Position numbers and translations under genes: made by a program
In this document: positions 53,967 to 64,000 of the stretch, one piece after another
Layout: every line of letters begins with the position of its first letter
Position numbering within the stretch: the first letter of the stretch is position 1
Notes under the pieces: generated by a model
Told to the model about the DNA's origin: nothing
Databases searched by the model: none
The model's input: only the letters and a program-made list of their open reading frames with translations
From: an uncultured candidatus Porisulfidus sp.
GTDB lineage: Bacteria; Pseudomonadota; Gammaproteobacteria; Poriferisulfidales; Poriferisulfidaceae
Length of the DNA stretch: 64,000 nt
Assembly (NCBI GenBank): GCA_965116025.1
Contig: OZ220480.1
Span: 416,001-480,000 of the forward strand
Direction: 5' to 3'

Positions 53967-56900
53967 TCAGAAGCGAACCTTCAGCAGGGCGCCCACGCCG
54001 TAATCGTGATTGTCACCGCCCGACACCGCGTAGTGCGCCTCCCCCGATAGCGTCGACTCTCCCTTCGCGTCCAGCGTCATCACGCCCCCAACGCCAATCC
54101 GCACCCACGTGGACTCCGCCTCCGAGCGCAAGCGCGACCCCGACGCCATCACGGCGCGATCCTCCGAAAACTCATGCTCCACGTCCAAAGAGGCATACGT
54201 CTGGCCATTTTCCAGCAATGCCCCGATCCGCGCGCGCACGCTGTCCTCGGAGCGGAACGACACCTGACCGCTCCCATCGACACCCGAAACGTCGTCGAAG
54301 CCGTCAATGTCCGCCCAAGTCCACGTCAATCCCCCGCGCGGAACCAGCGCGAAGCCGTCCATCTCCATGCGCCTGCCGACCTCCACGCCGATCGCGTGAC
54401 CCTCTCCGTCCAGACCGGACGCCACCATCCCTCGCGCGTCCGAACTCAAATCAATGTCCTCGAAACGCGTGTACGAGAACTCCCCGTCCGCGTACCAGCC
54501 GTCCTCACCCCGCCAGGTCGCCGACGCCCCAACGCCCACGCCCGAGACCTCGATCTTCCCGCCACGCGCGACATCCGCCTCGCCGTCACGGTAGTGCGCG
54601 CTCACGCCCAGCGTCAGCCCCGGCGCGTCCGTGGGAACGACGAAGCCCGTCTCCACGCCCCAGCGCTCGAAGTCCCATGACAGATCATGTCCGGCCGTGT
54701 CCATGGAAGTCGTGGACATATCCGCCTCGCGCTCGCCATCGCTCGCCATGACCCGCGCCCAAACGCCCTCGCCGTCCCGCGTCGCCGACAAGCGCGCCTG
54801 GCGACCGCCCGGCGCGCTCATCTCCAGCAGCACCGACGGTAACGCCTCGTACACCCGCGCTCGGTCGTGATACGCCCGACCCGACTCCTCGAACTGGTGC
54901 CCGCCCTCGATCGTCTTCAGGGTGACTCTGGAGACGTCGTGCACGCCGCGCGTCTCGACGCCCGGGCTGAGCGCGTACTCCCCGCCCACCTTCACCCCAT
55001 CGAAGGTCGTCGTTCCACTGTTGAGCATCTTCCCTTTGACGTCGCCAATGCGTCCGACCGCGTCCTTCTTCATGGTGATGGTCAGCCTCCCGTCCGACCT
55101 CACCGCGGTTCCGGATGCCGCCTCCACCTTCGCCTTCGGCCCAACCACCAGCGTTCCGCCATTCACCATCCGAACGCCGGCGTGGTCTCCGCCGCCGCCC
55201 ATTACCTTGCCGTTGATCGTGACCGTCTGGTCATATTGCCCTTTCCGGGCGTGGTCGGACGCGAAGGTCCGCATCCCCTTGACGTGCACTCCGTCCTTCT
55301 TGGCCTTCACCGTCGCCATCTCCCCCACCGTGACCTCAATCTTCCCGGCTTTCGGCGCGTCCTCGTCCTCGTAGGTGGTGGCCGTCTCCGCGTAAACCCC
55401 GTGACCGTCCGCCATGATCGTTCCGCCAGCCACGTCGATCTTGATCGGAACGATCGTCTCGACGCCCTGTATCCCCTCCGCGTCGTTCAAGTCTTTCACA
55501 TAGGCGAGAATGCCGTCGCCCTTCGACGTGACGCTCCCTTTCGACGTGATCTCGATCTTCCCGATCTTGGCCTCGTAGGTGGAGGGGGCTTGAGAGTCGA
55601 CCGCCGTCTCGTCGGAAGCCGCTTGGGGCTCCGAGCCCCCATGAATGGCGAGAATGCCGGCGGTCCTGCCTTTCAGGTCCGCCAATTTCGTCTTTTCAGA
55701 ATCCACTAAAGTGTTCAACTTTAGTATGTCAGGCGCGTCGCCCGCGACGATCTCGCCCATCGAATGCGTCACGACCACGTCGCCCCAGCCGCGATGCAGA
55801 GCGGCCACCCCCGAGCCCTTCGCGTGGATGAAGCCTTCGTTGGTGACCGTGATAGCAGCCTCGTCAGTAGAATTGACCACATTAGTGAACACACCGTGTC
55901 CGCCAACTGGCGTCCCCGCGGTCCCGATCCTCGCCCCCTCGGAGATGGTCACCATGATCGTCCCACCGTGGGCTATATGGTGGATCGCCACGCCGTGCCG
56001 ACCTATGGTCGGCTCATCTCCATCCATTCCGATGCGCGCAGCGGGCTTCAGCGTCACCTTGGTGTCCCGATTGACCGGATCATCCGGATCAGTCTCTGAG
56101 TCCCGGTAGACGTAGATCCCGTCCCCCAAGGTCGCCGTCGAGGCGATCTCGCCCGCGAGGTCCACCTTGATAAGACCACCGATATGGTGCCGGGTATCAA
56201 CGCGAATCCCAGAATCCCCGCTCGTCTTCAAAACGCCCCCCGTCACGTCGACCGTCACCGGAATGATCGTATTCCCTTTTTCTCCGGTCGTTTCGACGGA
56301 AATGCCACGCCGGCGAGCGGTGATGTCGCCGCTCGAGGTGATCGTGATCGCGCTGGCGGTAGCCGGGGTCGTGTCCTTGTGGATGACCGTTATGCCATCG
56401 AAGGTGAACTCATTGGTGGTGCTATCAAAAAGCGTGGCCACCTTGCCGTTTGCCCCGTCCGTGAGCGTCGCCGCGTAGAGAGGCCGCTGCCTCTTGGTGA
56501 CGAGCGTCCCGTGGTTCGTGATGGCGATGTCGCCTCCTTTCCTGGAATTCACGTAGATTCCCTTGCTGGTCACGCTGTTTTTCGCCGTCTCGACGGTGAC
56601 ACCCCCGGCTCCCTTGTGCTCCACATGAATTCCCCGGTAATACCCGTAGATCTCGCCCCGGTTCACGATGGACACGTCGCCCTGAGCGGAAACGTTACTG
56701 TAATGCGCCATCACGCCCGTCCGGCCCACCGGAACTTCCTCAGTTCCGATCCTCGTCTCGGCCCCGACCACGATCTCGATCTTGTCCGCTCTGTTGGCGT
56801 CGCCGGCTTGGTCGTTCCTGACAACGATCCCGTAATTTCTGCTACCCCGATTATATTGGGGTTCGATGAAGGTCGCGCTGAGCCCAGCAGTGGTATACGT

Positions 56901-57378
56901 GGCCTGGACGGGCGAAGTCCACCCACCGGCCTCGTTCGCGATCCGCACCTTGCTTTCCAGATGGACCGTCAGCGCCCCGGCGCCGATCACGGCGATCCCG
57001 GAATTCCGGCCCTGGGTGATATCGGTGGGAGAGGTGGCGGGATTCTCGGGAGGAAGGAACGACTTGATGGTCGTCATCTCTCCCGAAGGCCTCACGGTCA
57101 GCGTCAGGCCCCCCGTCTCACCCGTGTACTCGATGGGAGTGGGAGTGGCGCTGGTGCCGCCGTAGGCCGCGTCGCTACAAGTGACCGCGTTGGAGGAGGT
57201 GGGCGCGCCGCACTCCTCCCCCGCCTCGGCGGAGGACGGAATCAGAGGAACGGAAAGAACGGCCGTGAAGCCGGCCAGAACGGTCAGGAAACGGGGGCTA
57301 TGCCCCCCCCCCCCCCCCTAGGCGGGAAAACGCTGAAGCGTCGCGAGCAGTATTGGAAATGGTAGAAACCTTCTTCAT
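53967..57378 (-). CDS. Autotransporter (type Va) with beta-helical passenger and C-terminal beta-barrel; frameshifted at a G16 tract in the signal peptide (putative phase-variable, OFF as sequenced)
   Basis: ATG 57378 after AGAGGA RBS: MKKVSTISNTARDASAFSRL-polyG. From 57302 the frame HSPRFLTVLAGFTAVLSVPLIPSSAEA|GEEC... is continuous with the 1042-aa ORF, which ends RARVYEALP...VWARV...YGVGALLKVRF. In frame only with G15 or G18. Confidence 0.88.
57303..57318 (-). repeat. Homopolymer G16 (C16 on +) inside the autotransporter signal-peptide coding region
   Basis: Direct count: gctatg-C16-taggcggga. Confidence 0.9.
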
Positions 57379-57469
57379 TAGAATCGTCCTCTTGACGAAG
57401 TTGAAAAACCACGCGCGATTGTAATGCGACTCTGCCATGAAAGCAACTTCGACATCACCCGAGGTCCTC

Positions 57470-57504
57470 AAAAGGAGAAGGGCCTCGAAAAACGAGGCCC
57501 TTCT
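57470..57504 (-). terminator. Intrinsic terminator of groESL
   Basis: Perfect 12-bp stem AGAAGGGCCTCG/CGAGGCCCTTCT with a 5-nt loop, followed by CCTTTT on the - strand. Confidence 0.8.
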
Positions 57505-57527
57505 GTCGATAGCGCCGTCGAGCGCGA

Positions 57528-59523
<1,996 letters not shown>

Positions 59524-59610
59524 AAAAACTCCCAAAATTTCCAGTTTATCAAAAAGTTAACAAGGCATGGCGGTGATAGGGACGAACCTCCCCGCCTCCT
59601 TGCCTCCTAT

Positions 59611-59640
59611 ATATGGGGAACGTTAAACCAGATACAAGGG
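59611..59640 (-). promoter_or_regulatory. Sigma32 (RpoH) heat-shock promoter of groESL
   Basis: - strand CCCTTGTA-N14-CCCCATAT matches the sigma32 consensus (CTTGAA-N13/14-CCCCATnT). Confidence 0.75.
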
Positions 59641-59700
59641 GGCGCCGCCGGGTACAATGCGCGTCAACTCTTTTGATCTTTCGGCTTTCCTCGCGCGCCC

Positions 59701-61272
59701 ATGATCTCATCCGAAGCCCTGCCCGTGCGCCGGGCGCTTCTGAGCGTGTCGGACAAATCCGGCATCGTCGAGCTGGCCCGGACTCTGGCCGAGCGGGGCG
59801 TCGAGCTGATCTCCACCGGCGGCACCGCCGCGGCGCTTCGCGGGTCCGGCATCGCCGTCCGCGAGGTCTCCGAGCTGACCGGCTTCCCGGAAATCATGGG
59901 CGGGCGGATCAAGACTCTCCACCCCAAGGTGCATGGCGCCTTGCTGGCCCGCGGGGAGCGGGATCGCGACGTCTGCGCCGCGCGCGGGATCGAGCCCATC
60001 GACCTGCTGGTGGTCAACCTGTATCCGTTCGCGCGAACGGTCGCTCGCCCGGACTGCGATTTTCAGGAGGCGATCGAGAACATCGACATCGGGGGGCCAG
60101 CCATGCTGCGGGCCGCCGCGAAGAATCACGAGCGTTGCTGCGTCGTGGTCGACCCCGGCGACTACGCGGCGCTCTCCCGATCCATCCGCGCTCAAGAGGG
60201 CGTCAGCGGAAAAACCAGGTTCGAGATGGCCGTCAAGGCGTTCTCGCATGTGGCGACGTACGACGCCGACATCGCGCGCTATCTCTCCGGCCAGCTGGAA
60301 TCGGACGGAGATCTCGGGCCGAGCATGCATTTGGCCTTTCGGCGCGAATCCATCCTCCGATATGGCGAGAACCCGCACCAGCGGGCGGCTCTGTACCGTC
60401 TTGAGGACCCGCCCCCGGGAACCCTGGCCTCCGCCACCCTTCATCAGGGGCGAGAGCTCTCCTACAATAACATCGTCGACGCGGACGCCGCTTGGGAATG
60501 CGTCCAGGAGTTCGACCGTCCCGCATGCGTCATCGTGAAGCATACCAACCCCTGCGGGGTGGCGGAAGCCCGTGACATCGAGGACGCGTACGAGGGCGCG
60601 TACCGGACCGACCCCACCTCGGCGTTCGGCGGCATCATCGCGCTCAACCGCCCGATGACCGCCGCGCTCGCCCAAACCATCATCGACCGGCAGTTCGTGG
60701 AGGTTATGATCGCGCCGGACTTCGACGAGGAAGCACTAAGGGTCCTTTCCAAAAAACCCAAGGCGCGCGCGCTCGCCGCTGGCGTCGCGCGACCCACCGA
60801 CTCCCCCCGCCCAACTCTGCGCGGCGTCAGCGGCGGGTTGCTCGCGCAAACGCCCGATCACGCTCTCCTGAATCGCGACGAGCTGCGCGTGGTGACCGAG
60901 CGGATTCCCGGAGAGAGGGAGTACCGCGACCTTCTGTTCGCATGGAAAGTCGCGAAGTTCGTGAAGTCCAACGCGATCGTTCTCGCGCGCGGCCAGCGCA
61001 CCGTCGGGATTGGCGCGGGGCAGATGAGCCGAATCTATTCGGCCCGCATCGCCGCCATCAAGGCCGCGGACGAAGACCTCTCGCTGGAGGGCGCCGCGAT
61101 GGCGTCAGACGCGTTCTTTCCGTTCCGCGACGGCATCGACGCGGCCCGCGAATTCGGAGTCACAGCGGTCATTCAACCTGGCGGCAGCCTGAAAGACGAG
61201 GAAGTCATCGCGGCGGCCAACGAGCACGACATGGTGATGCTCTTCACCGGGATGCGGCACTTCCGGCATTAA
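59701..61272 (+). CDS. purH: Bifunctional AICAR transformylase/IMP cyclohydrolase
   Basis: RALLSVSDK, STGGT, KTLHPKVHG, IDIGGP, RYGENPHQ, SDAFFPF, TGMRHFRH. Confidence 0.98.
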   Translation: MISSEALPVRRALLSVSDKSGIVELARTLAERGVELISTGGTAAALRGSGIAVREVSELTGFPEIMGGRIKTLHPKVHGALLARGERDRDVCAARGIEPIDLLVVNLYPFARTVARPDCDFQEAIENIDIGGPAMLRAAAKNHERCCVVVDPGDYAALSRSIRAQEGVSGKTRFEMAVKAFSHVATYDADIARYLSGQLESDGDLGPSMHLAFRRESILRYGENPHQRAALYRLEDPPPGTLASATLHQGRELSYNNIVDADAAWECVQEFDRPACVIVKHTNPCGVAEARDIEDAYEGAYRTDPTSAFGGIIALNRPMTAALAQTIIDRQFVEVMIAPDFDEEALRVLSKKPKARALAAGVARPTDSPRPTLRGVSGGLLAQTPDHALLNRDELRVVTERIPGEREYRDLLFAWKVAKFVKSNAIVLARGQRTVGIGAGQMSRIYSARIAAIKAADEDLSLEGAAMASDAFFPFRDGIDAAREFGVTAVIQPGGSLKDEEVIAAANEHDMVMLFTGMRHFRH

Positions 61273-61304
61273 GGGCCGCGCGCGGCCATCTCGCGTTGAG
61301 AGTC

Positions 61305-61820
61305 TCAACGATTGAACGGCAATTTCGCGAGCATCATGGCCATCCCGCAAGAACCGGTAACGCCCGAGAAAACCAGTCCCGCCCCGATAAAGCCGGACAG
61401 CCAGAAGAATCCGGCATCGACCCACGTCCCCAGAATGACACCAAGCAACACCAAGCCGCCCGCCGCGATCTGAACCTGGCGCATGATCTCGATCGGGGCC
61501 TTTGAATCCGAGACCACCGGATACCCGGCTTTCTTCCACGCCATGATGCCTCCTTCGAGCGTATACGTCTCGGGGTAGCCCACGCCCTCCAGCCGGTCCG
61601 CATGCGTTCGCGTCCTGCCACCGCTACGGCAGTGGAAAATACCGATCTTGTCATGCGGCTCGACTTTCAGCCCCGCTTCCAGACCGGCTAGGGGAATCCA
61701 CCGCGCTTCGGGAATTCTCAATTGGTCGCGCTCCCCCGAATCGCGAACATCGATCAACTCGGCGCGACCCTCCCGCAACCAGCGCCTAGCCTCTTCCGGC
61801 TTGATTTCCTGAACGCTCAT
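61305..61820 (-). CDS. Rhodanese plus DUF2892 membrane protein (YgaP-like)
   Basis: LIDVR, FHCRSGGRT, LEGG..AW, RQVQIAAGGL, FIGAGL...GSCGM...LPFNR. Confidence 0.9.
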   Translation of the reverse strand: MSVQEIKPEEARRWLREGRAELIDVRDSGERDQLRIPEARWIPLAGLEAGLKVEPHDKIGIFHCRSGGRTRTHADRLEGVGYPETYTLEGGIMAWKKAGYPVVSDSKAPIEIMRQVQIAAGGLVLLGVILGTWVDAGFFWLSGFIGAGLVFSGVTGSCGMAMMLAKLPFNR

Positions 61821-61969
61821 AGATCAAATGTCCTTCCGCCAATCATGGCCCGATTGTACACCGGGAAGTTCAGCGACGACCGTCCGCGCGGTCCCCGCGG
61901 CCGTTCGCGCGCATGCGCCAATCCTTCGCATTCCGTAGAAGCTTGCGGAATTGACGTTCCGGGAACTTT

Positions 61970-62308
61970 TCAAGCGAAAAAGATCACTATCGCGGCCATC
62001 ATGACCGCCGTCAAGGTCATGGCCACGCTCGCGCTCGCCCACAGGTGGAAATAGAGCCTGGTGAAGTGCCGCTGGATATTAACCTCCATCTCCTTCATAT
62101 CCAGCTTAATTTCCATCCTAAACATCTGGATCTCCTGGCGCAGGCATTCCTTCGTGACGAACCCGCGGCGCGCACGGAGCCAATCGTCCTGATCGCGGCG
62201 TTCGCCCGCTTGAGAAAAACGTTGCTTGAGAAAAACGTTGCTCGAGAGAAGCGCTGATCATCATAGCTCACCCATGGCTCCCATCGTATCATCAACAACG
62301 TGCGGACG
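61970..62308 (-). pseudogene. Disrupted paralog of the neighbouring coiled-coil membrane protein
   Basis: ...DDTMGAMGEL* then out-of-frame FVTKECLRQEI...MKEME...FTRLYFHLW...IFFA*; a 16-bp tandem duplication TTGAGAAAAACGTTGC at 62210-62241. Confidence 0.7.
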
Positions 62309-62433
62309 CATCTTCGACAACCTTTGGAACGGAGACTCTGGGGAGGCGCAGTCATCTCGCCTCACGGAAGCTCCCAGTATTCGAAGCCCTCCGCCTCGTG
62401 AGTTGCTTGGACTGAAAACTTCGGGAGAGCAGA

Positions 62434-62901
62434 TCAGGCGAAAAAAGCCACCATCGCGCCCATCAGGCTCGCCATCACGGTCATGGTCATACCCATGACT
62501 AGCCACAAATGCCAATAAAGCCTGGTGAATCGCCGCTGGAAGTCGCTTTCCATCTCCTTCATCTCTCCCCGCAGGACGCCAGCATCCTCTTTCATCTCCA
62601 TCCGCAACCCGCCAAACACCGCTCTCATCTCTCCTCGCAGGCCACCAACATCCTCCTTCATCTCCATCCGCAACCCGCCAAACGCCTCTCTCATCTCCAG
62701 CCGCAACCCGCCAATCTCTTCACCCACCTCCGCTCTCAGGCAAACGAACGCTTTCTCCATATCTGTCCTCAACGCCCCGATCTCTTGGCGCAGATAGCCT
62801 TTTGTGACGAGCTCGCGTTGCGCGTCGCGAATCGTCCCAACCACGGCGCTCGCCTGCTCGGGAGGAAAACCGGCTTTCATCAGTTCGTCCATGGCCCCCA
62901 T
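62434..62901 (-). CDS. DUF1640/CCDC90-like coiled-coil protein with 11-aa repeats and a C-terminal TM anchor; 5' end abuts the IS110 insertion
   Basis: LMKAGFPPEQA...LVTK..LR; repeated (F/I/V)GGLRxEM(K/R) units of 33 bp; hydrophobic C-terminus. Confidence 0.75.
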   Translation of the reverse strand: MGAMDELMKAGFPPEQASAVVGTIRDAQRELVTKGYLRQEIGALRTDMEKAFVCLRAEVGEEIGGLRLEMREAFGGLRMEMKEDVGGLRGEMRAVFGGLRMEMKEDAGVLRGEMKEMESDFQRRFTRLYWHLWLVMGMTMTVMASLMGAMVAFFA

Positions 62902-62903
62902 GG

Positions 62904-64000
62904 TGATGGGATGGTTCGCCCCGCTTCCCTGCTTGGCCTTGAGCGGGCACAATGAGAGTACAACCAACCCATCGCGAAAGCGGGACGACCCTTATGAAGC
63001 AGACTCTACATCAACTGGCCATCGCCCATCTGGGCGTGGACCTGGGCAAGCAGGCGTTTCACGCTTGCGGGATGACGCGCGCCGGCAAGATCGTTCTGGA
63101 GAGGCGCTTCACGCGGGCTCAGCTGGAACGCTTCGCGGAGGAGCTGCCGCCATGCCGGGTCGGGCTGGAGGCCTGCGGCGGCGCGCATCACTGGGCGCGG
63201 CTGTTCCGGCGTCATGGGCATGACGCGCGGCTGATGGCGCCGTCCTTCGTGAAGCCGTTCGTGAAGTCGAACAAGAACGACGCGCGCGACGCGGAGGCGA
63301 TCTGCGAGGCGCGGAGCCGTCCGAGCATGCGCTTCGTGCCGGCGCGGACGGAAGCCGAGCAAGCGATCCAGCAATGCCATCGGACGCGGGCGCGGCTGGT
63401 GCGGAGCCGCACCCGGCTGGTCAATCAGTCGCGCGCGTTCCTGCAGGAGTACGGGATCGTCATGCCGAAAGGGATCGGGGTCTTTCGCGCGCGGCTGCCG
63501 GAGATCCTGGAGGACGGCGAGAACGGCTTGCTTCCGGAAGTCCGCGAGGCGCTGGCGGAAGGTTACGAGGAGGTGCGGGAGCTGGACCGGCGGGAGGGGC
63601 GTTGCCGGGCGCGGATCCAGGCGCATGCCGAGGCCGACCCGGGCTGTCGGCGGCTGATGACGATCCCGGGCATAGGCGCGCTGTCGGCCAGCGCCCTGGT
63701 CGCGAAGCTGGGCGACGGCAGCGAGTTCCGCGACGGGCGGGAGGCGGCCGCCTACCTCGGCCTGGTTCCGAAGCGGTATTCCACCGGCGGAAAGCCGAAG
63801 CTCGGAGGGATCAGCAAGCGGGGGGACCGCGCCTTGCGCGGCCTGCTGATCTTGGGCGCGAAAGCGGTATTGCGGGTCTCGGACCAGCGCGAGGACGCGC
63901 TCGGCGCTTGGCTTCGCGGCCTGCGCGAGCGCCACCACGACAACGTGGCGGCGGTCGCGTTGGCGAACAAGAACGTCCGCATCGCCTGGGCGCTGCTCCG
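62904..64000 (+). mobile_element. IS110-family (IS1111 group) element, left part; runs off the window
   Basis: Left end TGATGGG-ATGGTTCGCCCC (7-nt lead plus subterminal IR, the IS1111/IS4321-type layout) followed by the transposase ORF. Confidence 0.85.
62994..64000 (+). CDS. IS110-family DEDD recombinase/transposase (3' end outside the window)
   Basis: Translated by hand: MKQ...LGVDLGKQAFHACG...GLEACGGAHHWAR...VKPFVKSNKNDARDAEAICEA...TIPGIG...AAYLGLVP..YSTGGK..LGGISKRG...VALANKNVRIAWALL. Confidence 0.93.
   Translation, partial: MKQTLHQLAIAHLGVDLGKQAFHACGMTRAGKIVLERRFTRAQLERFAEELPPCRVGLEACGGAHHWARLFRRHGHDARLMAPSFVKPFVKSNKNDARDAEAICEARSRPSMRFVPARTEAEQAIQQCHRTRARLVRSRTRLVNQSRAFLQEYGIVMPKGIGVFRARLPEILEDGENGLLPEVREALAEGYEEVRELDRREGRCRARIQAHAEADPGCRRLMTIPGIGALSASALVAKLGDGSEFRDGREAAAYLGLVPKRYSTGGKPKLGGISKRGDRALRGLLILGAKAVLRVSDQREDALGAWLRGLRERHHDNVAAVALANKNVRIAWALL

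Noticed and set aside
62550-62760. 33-bp tandem repeats as a possible CRISPR or iteron array
   Set aside because: Contiguous coding repeats of an 11-aa coiled coil with no spacers.

Overview
High-GC gammaproteobacterial chromosome segment; the taxonomy is inferred from gene content and order. The backbone is housekeeping genes: hspQ, yrfG, cysQ, argS-SPOR, tyrS, mepM-anmK, erpA, argC, hemJ, thiE-hemL, trx, mpl, yaaA, lpxA-like-ligA-zipA-smc, queF, der-bamB-yfgM-hisS-rlmN-ndk, groESL, purH, and five tRNAs (Phe; a Pro-Arg-His-Lys cluster). Accessory elements: (i) two paralogous autotransporter genes about 55.7 kb apart, each with a long poly-G tract (G23, G16) at the same place in the signal-peptide coding region and both out of frame as sequenced, i.e. 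candidate phase-variable surface proteins; (ii) a complete 2,396-bp unclassified DDE IS (15-bp IRs, 5-bp TSD) inserted just before the hspQ stop codon and upstream of a twice-frameshifted FadL-like gene; (iii) an IS110/IS1111-group element at the right edge, plus a transposase-less right-end/bridge-RNA-like fragment at about 13.1-13.26 kb whose IR and putative donor guides match that element's left end; (iv) a minimal bufferin-type DUF2282-DUF692-DUF2063 RiPP cluster; (v) two RTX-repeat proteins; (vi) an R-M island with an M.EcoRV-like MTase and Type III Res/Mod; (vii) several decaying genes and conserved operons with genes missing. No CRISPR array or rRNA was seen. All family assignments are by eye, without database searches.
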